Origin: Pirellulaceae bacterium
GTDB lineage: Bacteria > Planctomycetota > Planctomycetia > Pirellulales > Pirellulaceae
Direction of reading: 5' to 3'
DNA: 64,000 nt
Assembly: GCA_041741535.1 (NCBI GenBank)
Contig: JBGSJV010000027.1
Location: forward strand, 12,837 to 76,836
Each line of letters starts with the position of its first letter. Positions within the stretch are counted from its first letter, which is position 1. Both the position numbers and the translations under genes were made by a program. Positions 55,924 through 64,000 of the stretch are shown in pieces. Under the pieces are notes generated by a model. That model was not told the DNA's origin, ran no database searches, and was given only the letters and a program-made list of their open reading frames with translations.

Positions 55924-57045
55924 ATGTCTGCATGCACACCAATGATTCGCGATCGCATTGCAAACTGCGACGAAACGGATTCGCGCACGCCCGTGGGCGG
56001 CAAGAGTGATCAAGAGTTGTTTGCCACAGATCACGAGCTCTCCAGCAATGATGTTCGCCAAGCCGCAACCGTCGAAAGTTTAGAAGACGCCAAAGCACTT
56101 GCAACCAATCTCGGCAACCTCTGCCGTGAAGCCGTTCGTGGGCGCGAAGACGTGATCGAGCTTGTCCTGATCGCTATGCTGGCAGATGGCCACGTATTGC
56201 TAGAGGATCATCCGGGCTCGGGCAAGACAACTCTAGCCAAGGCACTCGGTTCGGCAATTGACGCGGGAGTAACCGCCAGCCAAATATCGTCGTTTCGCCG
56301 GATTCAATTCACGCCCGATCTGCTCCCATCCGATGTGACCGGAACCACGGTATTCGATGGCGAAGCTAACCGATTCGATTTTCATCCGGGCCCGGTTTTC
56401 GCCAACATCGTGTTAGGCGATGAAATCAATCGTACCGGCCCCAAAGTCCAAGCGGCCTTGCTCGAGGCGATGGCTGAGAAGCAAGTAACGGTCGATAATC
56501 ACACCTATCAGCTCGATCCGCTGTTTTTCGTTTTGGCAACACAGAACCCCTTGGATCTGAATGGCACCTATCCCTTGCCGGTGGCTCAACTCGACCGTTT
56601 TTTGTTCAAGATCAAGATGAATCACTTGTCGCGCGAAAGCGAATTGGAGATTCTTGCCAGTCGTGGAAATGGTTGCCAACGATCCACGACTTGGAAAGTC
56701 AGCCCGGCAACGATTGTTGCCGCTCGAGATGTCATTCGCAAGCAAGTGCATATCGCGCCGGTGATTCATGAGTGCCTAGTCGATATTTCATTGGCGATGC
56801 GTGCGGACCGCCGAGTTGCGCAGGGCGTTTCCACCCGCTGTCTGGTGCTGGCCATCGACGCGCTAAAATCACGAGCAGCTTTGCATGGACGAGACTTTGT
56901 GTCGCCACGAGACGTCAAGGCGCTCGCATGCCCGCTGTTCAGTCACCGACTGCAACTAAAATCGGCTGGAGTCGATCCAGACCAGATCGTCGTCGAGTGC
57001 TCGTTACCGGTGATCGAATCGACGATTCGCAAGTCAATGAAATAA
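55924..57045 (+). CDS. MoxR-family AAA+ ATPase
   Basis: Walker A HPGSGKTTLAKALG; RIQFTPDLLPSDVTGT; Walker B/sensor VLGDEINRTGPKVQAALLEAMAEKQVTV; FFVLATQNP. GGAGAA upstream of the ATG. Confidence 0.9.
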   Translation: MSACTPMIRDRIANCDETDSRTPVGGKSDQELFATDHELSSNDVRQAATVESLEDAKALATNLGNLCREAVRGREDVIELVLIAMLADGHVLLEDHPGSGKTTLAKALGSAIDAGVTASQISSFRRIQFTPDLLPSDVTGTTVFDGEANRFDFHPGPVFANIVLGDEINRTGPKVQAALLEAMAEKQVTVDNHTYQLDPLFFVLATQNPLDLNGTYPLPVAQLDRFLFKIKMNHLSRESELEILASRGNGCQRSTTWKVSPATIVAARDVIRKQVHIAPVIHECLVDISLAMRADRRVAQGVSTRCLVLAIDALKSRAALHGRDFVSPRDVKALACPLFSHRLQLKSAGVDPDQIVVECSLPVIESTIRKSMK

Positions 57046-57082
57046 CGAATCATCACGGCTCTAAAATGAAAGAGGAATTCTC

Positions 57083-59182
57083 ATGATGCGGTCGAAATTC
57101 GTGCGTCCGATATTGCTCCTGCTCGTGTTACCCATTGCCGTCGTTTGTGTTTGGTTCGTAAGCCGAATCATGGGCGGAACGGATGTTTCAGAGCTTTACC
57201 CACCTGCCGCTTTTGCTCCAGTCCCACAGGATTTCCCCAGGATCATTGCTTTATTAGAAGCCCCGTCCAAGTCCAACGAAGTTGAATGGAAGGCCTACGT
57301 GGAGCAATTTGAGGCGATCAATGAGTACTTGATGAATTCGGGAGCAGCGCAACGGTCCACTGACGAGGAGCGAGAGGTAATTCATGCTGATATCAAACGG
57401 GAGTTCGCAAAATCGCGAGAACGTGCGACTCATATTCTATCAAAAAACCTTGATTCAATACCAGCTCTGATTGCATTAGCTAGGGCGGAGGCGTTTGGCG
57501 ACGGAAACCTGCCTCAGGGGCTCTTCTTAATCCGCCAAGCTCGTCGCATCTGCGAATCGCGTGGAATTGCCAACTCAGCGGATGCAGATGCCCGCGAATG
57601 GTATTTGCGGATAATGCACCAAGAATACGATATGTTGGGTCGACTCGACCGACGACTAGAGCAACTGGAAGTTGTGAATCGCATGGAGTCGATTTACGAA
57701 CCATTGCCAGTGCTAAAAGTCTGGCCGCTAATCAAGCTTAAGAAATATGACGAAGCTGCGGAGGCAACTCGGTTGGCAGACGAGACGGGACGATTCGCAG
57801 CGACGGTCTTAAACGCTCGCTGTGCGATGGCGTGGGAAATGCAACAAAGAAACGAGGCGTATGATGCAGGCTCAGCGATGATCGAGGCGCACGGCGATAG
57901 CCCGGTGCATTGGAAGAATCATGGCGAAGCCGCCTTGGGCGTTTTTCGTTTTGACGAAGCGGAGAAGGCTTTTCTGAAGTCCACCACATTGAGTCAAACG
58001 GGACTCTCTAGCACTGCCTACAATGATTTAACGGTTCTGTACCTTCAACAAGGTCGTATAGCGGAGGCAATCGACGCGATCAAGAACGCCAACCGACAGC
58101 GGGCCAGTCGAGAACCGAGCAACTTGCAACAAGACCAAGCGACAACGGACTTGTCCAAAGCGATGTTGATGATAGTCTTGGGACGGGGAGATGATGCGAT
58201 TCGTCACGCGCGCTCGGCTTATGAACTGCCCGATCGAGGTGGCAATACAAGCGAAGACGCCAGCGTCCTGAGGCTCAGTTGCGCATTGGGATACGCAGCG
58301 GCATTGCGATTACAGCGTGAACAGCAATATGAAGCTGCAAATTCGTCACTGCTGCCCACACTGAATTTCGATGTTTTGCTTTTCGACCACAAGTCCCGCA
58401 ATCTAACCGACGTGCAGCTACTCTGCAGCACTCTCCGTCCGCACCTTGGTGGTGGACCGGGAATCAGCAAGGGCATTCCTTCCTGGCTACGCGTTTCTGT
58501 AATACAATTTTTCCCGCCAGTTATCGCTGCTGAGGCGGTCCGTCAAGTTCGCGAAGTGGAAGACCATCCGCTAGCGATCCCCTATCTCGATGCGATTGAA
58601 GCCGAAGTCTGTCTGCGTCTGGGAGACTATGAGACAGCGTCCTCGCTGGCGAAACAGTCACTTGAGCAACTGCCTGCTCAAGGGGAAAAGCTTTTATGCG
58701 GTCGAGTTGCACTGGTTGGTGCCCAAGCCGCGTTTCTTTCCGGGGATGTCTCTTCGGCATGGCCACTATTTCAACGAGCACTACAAGATTTTCCTACAGC
58801 CTTTCGCCTGCTGGGCGTCGCATTGCCTGTTCGAATTGAGCATGATGAGCAAAAGGGCTCCGCGTTATTAGCTAGAGCTGTCGGCCGGTCCCGCCGCTTT
58901 CGACCAGACGCGAGTGGTTTTGTGTTCACATTCAATCAGGGCGACGGAATGGTTGATTGCAATCTAACAAGCCCCAATGGTTCACAAATCTTCGCGGAAT
59001 CGATTAAACTTGTTGATGGCGAGCCCGATGCGATTGGCCAAGCGCTCGAACGTATTCACGATCGCTTGCTCGCGCCTGCAATCGACCTGACGCAGTCCGA
59101 CATGAGTTCGCTTGACGGTTCGCCCATTGCCGCCCGCAGTCGCGAAATGATTGATCATTTACTGAAACCTAAATCGCCTTAG
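57083..59182 (+). CDS. Membrane-anchored TPR-repeat protein
   Basis: N-terminal TM helix FVRPILLLLVLPIAVVCVWFV. TPR-like helical repeats throughout (e.g. AYNDLTVLYLQQGRIAEAIDAIKNA). AGAGGA upstream of the ATG. Confidence 0.7.
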   Translation: MMRSKFVRPILLLLVLPIAVVCVWFVSRIMGGTDVSELYPPAAFAPVPQDFPRIIALLEAPSKSNEVEWKAYVEQFEAINEYLMNSGAAQRSTDEEREVIHADIKREFAKSRERATHILSKNLDSIPALIALARAEAFGDGNLPQGLFLIRQARRICESRGIANSADADAREWYLRIMHQEYDMLGRLDRRLEQLEVVNRMESIYEPLPVLKVWPLIKLKKYDEAAEATRLADETGRFAATVLNARCAMAWEMQQRNEAYDAGSAMIEAHGDSPVHWKNHGEAALGVFRFDEAEKAFLKSTTLSQTGLSSTAYNDLTVLYLQQGRIAEAIDAIKNANRQRASREPSNLQQDQATTDLSKAMLMIVLGRGDDAIRHARSAYELPDRGGNTSEDASVLRLSCALGYAAALRLQREQQYEAANSSLLPTLNFDVLLFDHKSRNLTDVQLLCSTLRPHLGGGPGISKGIPSWLRVSVIQFFPPVIAAEAVRQVREVEDHPLAIPYLDAIEAEVCLRLGDYETASSLAKQSLEQLPAQGEKLLCGRVALVGAQAAFLSGDVSSAWPLFQRALQDFPTAFRLLGVALPVRIEHDEQKGSALLARAVGRSRRFRPDASGFVFTFNQGDGMVDCNLTSPNGSQIFAESIKLVDGEPDAIGQALERIHDRLLAPAIDLTQSDMSSLDGSPIAARSREMIDHLLKPKSP

Positions 59183-59253
59183 AATGGGTCGAGCGTTTCG
59201 AATAATTGCGCTGGCGCAATCTATTGCGTTCTCCCAAGAAGCGGAATATTTAC

Positions 59254-62200
59254 ATGGATTCGGATGAACTCGACGAAGATTTCCTTTCCTTTTCTTTCTC
59301 GAAAGAGTCGACTTCGAGCATTGAAGAATCGCATGTTCCCGGCAATTTTCATGAGCAATTAGGCATCCGGATTCAACCTACCTCTGCTGAGGAAATTCGG
59401 CGGGGATCGACGGGCGAGGTGCAAACAGATCGATTTTTTTCAGCCGATCGAAAGAGCTTTCATCCAAAAGGGCTGTTTAGCGAGAAGATCTTCGGACTCA
59501 CATCGGATTGGAAACATTCGAAAATCACTGCGCAGTCGCCGGTCGGTCATATTGAGTTGCCAGTCCCGATCGTGCATCCTCTTTTTCAAAGCGGACTTGC
59601 AGGTCAAGCGGTTCGTGCAGTGCTGGGGCTCACGGAAGCAGAACTCGATCAACTGTTAAAGGGTCGGGGGTGCATCGTCACCGAACCCATGGACTCCGGC
59701 TGGTCATGCGGAGCTATCGTAACCGTTGACGCGTACCAAACAGCCGCCAAGAAGTATGGGGCAGAATTGGCCCCTTTGTACCAAGCCGAGGCTGTTCGTT
59801 GGTTGATGGGGCGAGCCACGTTGGATGCGTCGATCGCACGCGCCAAACTCGTTTCTCCTGACAACAGCGGAGTTGTAAGACTAATTCGCAAATGGTTCGA
59901 GAGGGGGCGTAGACTCGATTCGGTGATACTCGACGTTCTCCCCGTCATTCCACCGGCGATGCGTGCGATGCAACGCACATCATCGGGCGAGCTGCGACGA
60001 CACGATCTCACCTGCTTGTACCAAAAAGTGGTTCGCCGATGCGGTCGAATTCGAAAGCTAGTCAAACTTGACGCTCCCTCGGTGATCTTAAGGAATGAGG
60101 CTCGATTGTTGCATGAGGCCGTCGAAAATTTGCTCGTGAAGCCGTCGAAGGCCGATGAATACAAATCCAAATCGCGGCGGTTTATGCCGCTTCTGCAAAC
60201 TCTACAAGAATCGCATACTCCACTGTGCGAAGAGGGACGCACGAAGACGTGGAAGAATTCATTGCGACTGCCTGCATCGCCCAATCCCAGACTGCGAATC
60301 ACTCAGTGCGGCCTACCGCGAACAGCAGCGACGTTGGAAATGCTGGCGCCAATTTGGCTGGCACATTGCAAACAGATCGGACTTGATCCGAGTCTTGCGG
60401 AATGGCAATTACGACATCCGACGGCATCGGTGTGGGAAGTGATCGCGTTGCAACTCCCCTGGCACGCCGTCTTGTTGAGACACGAAGCCCGTCGCAGCCA
60501 ATCGTCGCTACAGGCCTTTCAACCCAAGCTGGTGGACGGCAGAGCCATACAGCTTTCGCCGCTTGCACTTGGTGCCCTACGTGATGGTTCGATCCAAGAG
60601 GACGTATCGGTCTTTCTGCTCCAATCGCGATCGGCGTGCAGCCAAGCTTTGGTTGAGATGTTAGCAGATCAATGCCGCAACTCGGCCAGTGGTAAGCTTG
60701 CCTATCAACCAACCTTGGATATGGTAACGGGCTGCTTTTTAATGACACGCGATCCATTGCCGATTTCTGAGGGTTTGTCACGCAGACCACTTCACTTGGG
60801 TGCAATGGCGTTTCGCACGATGGCCGAAGTGCAGAGTGCATTGGACCAACGCGTGGTATCGTGGAATTCACCGATTTTGTTTTATCCCGATCGACGCACG
60901 TTCGCCGAACAACCGCTGTGCGAAAAAGTCTGTGCCCACCGTCAACGGATCGGGACGACTCCCGGTCGCGTGATCTTCAACGATTTCTTCCCTTTAGAAT
61001 TGCCATTCGTCAACTACCAGGTCACGGAAAACTCTTTCGGCGACCAACTGGAAGCGACTCACGCAATCATCGGCGCGACCCGCACACGCCAACTGATTGA
61101 CGCCCTGCAAGCGACTGCACTTGCCGTGCTAACGCAATCCGGTCTCAGCATCTCGATCTCGGATTTGGCACCTCCACGAAGGAAGCCAGCCATCCTCGAT
61201 GAAACAAACAAGCAGATCGTTAAATTGAAGAGGTATTATGATCGAGGAATTATCTGTTCAATGGAACGACTTAATCAAACCTACGATGCTTGGACGAATG
61301 CATCGAAGATCCTAAATCAGGAAATAGCAGTTCAGTTGTCAAGTGAGAGTAAGAATCCTACCTCGCTATTTGCGGCTGTGGCCCACACTACAAGCATGAC
61401 TTGGGTACAACACCTATGCGGCATGTTCGGTATAGTCCTGCCGCCCGATCGCAGAATTCACGAAGTAGCCGTTACCTCCAACTGGGGAGAAGGCTTGAGC
61501 GTCAGAGAATATTGGCAGGTTGCACTACAGACGCGGCACTTCACCATCGATGAATGCAAACGGACTGAAGACGCGGAGCAGATCACACGAACTTTGTTGA
61601 GTGCTTTGCAAGACGTCACCATTACCGTAGCCGATTGCGGAACGACCGAGGGAATCGAAAGGAGTAGCTCCGCTGACAAGAGCCTATCCGAAGCTTTAAT
61701 TGACCGAATCAGTTGCGAAGCGATTGTCAACCCAATCAACGGTGAGCCGCTCGTACAAGTTGGGGAACGGATCACGGCGGAAATCGTTCAAGGATTGGCT
61801 TCGCTCAACGTTCAGAAACTGCGTGTGCGTAGCCCTGCGACATGTGATTCCGAGCGAGGCATTTGCCAACAATGTTATGGTCGCAACCAATCGACGGGGG
61901 AATTGACTGAAATAGGCACATCGGTCGGTGTGAATGCCGCGTACGCCCTCGGGGAGTACGCCCACCATTTGCTGAATTGGTATAAGATTCGGGAATACCG
62001 AGCACCGCGGTTTGGATGGGTGAATGGAACAGAGCGTGCCGATTGCTCAGGGAATATTCAGTTCCAACTGCCGAGGACGGTTCGCAAACAAGATGGACGA
62101 ATTGTCGCACTGCAGCCTGGCAAAATATTAATACGAGATCGATATCGAATCCTGCAAGAGATCGCCGTTCCAGTTGGCGCCGAGGTTCTTGTCCGTAACG

Positions 62201-63354
62201 AAGCGGAAGTACGTCGCGATGACGAGATTTGTAAGTGGAATACAAATGGAATACCCCTGATCGCGGAAAACGCCGGCTCGATCATACTCCGTGATTTTGT
62301 TCCGGGAGATAATTGTCGATATTCGGATGACTCCGATACCAACAAGTTCGTCACATCTGATCTGACACGAGGGACATTGCGGCCGCGTGTCTTGATCCTC
62401 AATGCGGCCGGGCAACCGATCGAAGCGCATTACCTGGCTGACCATTCCGTTGTTGAGGTGGTTGACGGCCAGTCGGTGGCCGCGGGAGACATGCTCGCCC
62501 TGCAGCTCAATCGTTCGTCTCTATTGGAGGATCGCGCGTCAGAGGCTCAGACGGTATTTGGTTGGGAATTACAAGAATTGCTGGAAGCAGGTCCGACTCA
62601 TGAAACGGCGGTCTTGGCACCCTGCGACAGCGTCGTTTCTTCTGTTGAGCGAAAGGGAGAGCATCGAAAAGTTGTATTGCAAAATGTAGACCGCGAGGAA
62701 TTTGAATTTGTGTTGTCACGAAACGCCCATTTGCAAGTGATCGTTGGAGACGCGGTTAAACCAGGCGATCCGCTGACGGATTCTAGGCAAATCAACCCTA
62801 ACGATATCTTTCGTATCTTAGGGGTGGAGGCAGGTATTCTGTATCTGTTGGGAAGGCTTTCTCGATTGTTTGTAAAAAATCAAATCTCGATAGACAGCAA
62901 GCATATGGAGCTTGTGATTGGCAGGATGCTTTCCCGCGTCAAAATCGATCACCCAGGTGACACCGATTTTGTCGCAGGCGAGGTGATCGAACGCATCGAT
63001 TGGCGGAGAGAGAACGACCGGATTAACCAGTTTGTCCGCATCGCGTCTTCCGAGGCCTCCAAATCTACTGTTGATCAGATTGTTCGACGCGAGGCTTACG
63101 AACTTCTCGCCCGCGAACTGACTTCGCAGAACCAGGCGCCCCCAACCGTACGACGCTCGCGTCCGGCGAGGGCAGCGGCGCAGTTGACGAGTATTCAACA
63201 CCTTGTGAACCCGCACAAACAAGGACGGCGCTCAGGCGAATTCGACGTCGACGTTTTGGCCCGACTCGTGTTGGCTGGGGATGTCAGCTCCATAAACCGA
63301 TTAATAGATCTGATTGTGCGAACCAGCAATGGTGGTACGCGTTGCCGTCCATAA
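59254..63354 (+). CDS. Full-length RNA polymerase beta-prime (RpoC) paralog lacking the catalytic NADFDGD triad and N-terminal Zn ribbon (predicted pseudo-enzyme)
   Basis: Collinear RpoC landmarks: FHPKGLFSEKIFG, VGHIELPVPIVHP, VLPVIPPAMRA, ILRNEARLLHEAVENLL, RITQCGLP, LQAFQPKLVDGRAIQLSPL, ADCGTTEG + CDSERGICQQCYG, KHMELVIGRMLSRVKI. The catalytic loop reads RDGSIQE (60580-60600). The ATG at 59254 is the likely start within the track ORF that begins at 59206. Confidence 0.85.
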   Translation: MDSDELDEDFLSFSFSKESTSSIEESHVPGNFHEQLGIRIQPTSAEEIRRGSTGEVQTDRFFSADRKSFHPKGLFSEKIFGLTSDWKHSKITAQSPVGHIELPVPIVHPLFQSGLAGQAVRAVLGLTEAELDQLLKGRGCIVTEPMDSGWSCGAIVTVDAYQTAAKKYGAELAPLYQAEAVRWLMGRATLDASIARAKLVSPDNSGVVRLIRKWFERGRRLDSVILDVLPVIPPAMRAMQRTSSGELRRHDLTCLYQKVVRRCGRIRKLVKLDAPSVILRNEARLLHEAVENLLVKPSKADEYKSKSRRFMPLLQTLQESHTPLCEEGRTKTWKNSLRLPASPNPRLRITQCGLPRTAATLEMLAPIWLAHCKQIGLDPSLAEWQLRHPTASVWEVIALQLPWHAVLLRHEARRSQSSLQAFQPKLVDGRAIQLSPLALGALRDGSIQEDVSVFLLQSRSACSQALVEMLADQCRNSASGKLAYQPTLDMVTGCFLMTRDPLPISEGLSRRPLHLGAMAFRTMAEVQSALDQRVVSWNSPILFYPDRRTFAEQPLCEKVCAHRQRIGTTPGRVIFNDFFPLELPFVNYQVTENSFGDQLEATHAIIGATRTRQLIDALQATALAVLTQSGLSISISDLAPPRRKPAILDETNKQIVKLKRYYDRGIICSMERLNQTYDAWTNASKILNQEIAVQLSSESKNPTSLFAAVAHTTSMTWVQHLCGMFGIVLPPDRRIHEVAVTSNWGEGLSVREYWQVALQTRHFTIDECKRTEDAEQITRTLLSALQDVTITVADCGTTEGIERSSSADKSLSEALIDRISCEAIVNPINGEPLVQVGERITAEIVQGLASLNVQKLRVRSPATCDSERGICQQCYGRNQSTGELTEIGTSVGVNAAYALGEYAHHLLNWYKIREYRAPRFGWVNGTERADCSGNIQFQLPRTVRKQDGRIVALQPGKILIRDRYRILQEIAVPVGAEVLVRNEAEVRRDDEICKWNTNGIPLIAENAGSIILRDFVPGDNCRYSDDSDTNKFVTSDLTRGTLRPRVLILNAAGQPIEAHYLADHSVVEVVDGQSVAAGDMLALQLNRSSLLEDRASEAQTVFGWELQELLEAGPTHETAVLAPCDSVVSSVERKGEHRKVVLQNVDREEFEFVLSRNAHLQVIVGDAVKPGDPLTDSRQINPNDIFRILGVEAGILYLLGRLSRLFVKNQISIDSKHMELVIGRMLSRVKIDHPGDTDFVAGEVIERIDWRRENDRINQFVRIASSEASKSTVDQIVRREAYELLARELTSQNQAPPTVRRSRPARAAAQLTSIQHLVNPHKQGRRSGEFDVDVLARLVLAGDVSSINRLIDLIVRTSNGGTRCRP

Positions 63355-63400
63355 CGCATCGAATTCTGGAGTGGGGTCTGTCGTTGCCGCTCTACCTGCT

Positions 63401-63450
63401 CGGGCTCGCTCTGTTGACGAAGTTGAGCCCGCGTCTATGATAGACGTTTT
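63401..63450 (+). terminator. Possible terminator region between convergent genes (two hairpins, the second followed by TTTT)
   Basis: cgggctc-17 nt-gagcccg (63401-63431), then cgtcta-tga-tagacg-tttt (63432-63450). The stems are short, so the signal is weak. Confidence 0.3.
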
Positions 63451-63493
63451 CTCAATTGTATGGCGCCCTCGAACCTGCACTTGGGAAGGTTTG

Positions 63494-64000
63494 CTATGGT
63501 GGAGACAATTTAGGGCGGGTTTGTAACGGCGCATCTCGCAACGAGCGTTGGCCTGTTCCGACTGGAATCAATCGGCCGAGCATCACGTTGGAATTGAGAC
63601 TACCGAGGTCGTCGGACTGACCTGCCAAGGCCGCATTAGCGAGGACCGCTCGCAAATCTCGATAGCTCGCTTCGGTCAGAAAACTGCCGCGACCGACGCC
63701 CGCTATGGTTATTCCCTGAAGCATAACCTTGCCGACAGCAGGTCTAGCCGGAGTGGACTCTGCAGGTCGTCCACCATTCTGACCAATATTCTGATTGACC
63801 TGTTCCAATTCTGTGGCCGAAACCAGTTCGCCAACTTGCAGACTCGAGTCGCCGCAATGTGTTACGCGGCGTAGTTGCCATAGTTCGTTATTCACACCGC
63901 GCAGCATTGATCTTTCGATGACGGTACCTATGACAAGGTGCGAATCGCCGGAGTCGATGATTTTGGCGCGACTAAACATACGGGAAATGACCAGTTCGAT
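63494..64000 (-). CDS. C-terminal part of a second RNA polymerase beta-prime-like gene (continues beyond the window)
   Basis: IELVISRMFSRAKIIDSGDS..., GITIAGVGRGSFLTEASYRDLRAVLANAALAGQSDDLGSLNSNVMLGRLIPVGTG aligns with the RpoC C-terminal regions. The reading frame is open to the window edge. Whether it is the housekeeping gene is unresolved. Confidence 0.7.
   Translation of the reverse strand: MELVISRMFSRAKIIDSGDSHLVIGTVIERSMLRGVNNELWQLRRVTHCGDSSLQVGELVSATELEQVNQNIGQNGGRPAESTPARPAVGKVMLQGITIAGVGRGSFLTEASYRDLRAVLANAALAGQSDDLGSLNSNVMLGRLIPVGTGQRSLRDAPLQTRPKLSPP

Noticed and set aside
1-64000. CRISPR arrays, rRNA genes, IS elements, integrase, transposase or phage structural genes
   Set aside because: I saw no regularly spaced direct repeats, no rRNA-like sequence, and no ORF with DDE, tyrosine-recombinase or serine-recombinase hallmarks anywhere in the window.

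Overview
The window looks like a Planctomycetota (Pirellulales-like) chromosome segment. This is an inference from gene content only: sulfatases, DWG-type Ser/Thr kinases, ECF sigma/kinase pairs and HEAT/TPR-rich proteins. It has three parts.

(1) 1-23.86 kb is ordinary core. It encodes secreted peptidases (an M14/DPP-IV fusion, Dcp, an S41 protease), a tandem double sulfatase, an EEP nuclease/phosphatase, trmL, bioA, a rhomboid protease, eda, birA, DUF485-actP, a BNR/sialidase-like protein and a CPXCG protein.

(2) About 23.86-41.2 kb is a visibly more AT-rich, compositionally mosaic accessory (defence-type) island with no integrase or transposase.
- It opens with a translationally coupled three-gene operon: an MqsR-like gene, an MqsA-like Zn-finger/HTH gene, and a KGGVGR ParA-like ATPase fused to TPR repeats. 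The operon sits behind a TTGACA-17-TATGAT promoter overlapped by a perfect 20-bp palindrome.
- An orphan SGDEF nucleotide cyclase follows on the opposite strand.
- The rest is a type I R-M operon (hsdM-hsdS ... hsdR-DUF45). It is interrupted by a K+-channel gene, a 45-codon hsdR-5'/hsdS-3' chimeric relic, a GIY-YIG/DUF4357 nuclease and an AlbA_2(Schlafen-like)/HATPase_c_4 protein.
- The right edge carries four alternating copies of a 10-bp motif and a tRNA 3'-half remnant.

(3) 42.07-63.35 kb is a co-directional 10-gene cluster: ECF sigma, Ser/Thr kinase-WD40, DUF4189, two HEAT-repeat proteins, DUF58, a TgpA-like transglutaminase, a MoxR ATPase, a membrane-anchored TPR protein, and a full-length RNA polymerase beta-prime paralog.
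- The paralog is collinear with RpoC but has lost the NADFDGD catalytic triad, the N-terminal Zn ribbon, and the conserved bridge-helix and trigger-loop sequences.
- It faces, tail to tail, a second beta-prime-like gene that runs off the window and is itself divergent at normally invariant positions.
- I consider this pseudo-beta-prime cluster the best candidate for an undescribed system. The MqsRA-like/KGGVGR-TPR operon is second.

No rRNA, intact tRNA, CRISPR array or IS element was found. All homology statements come from motif recognition by eye, not from database searches.
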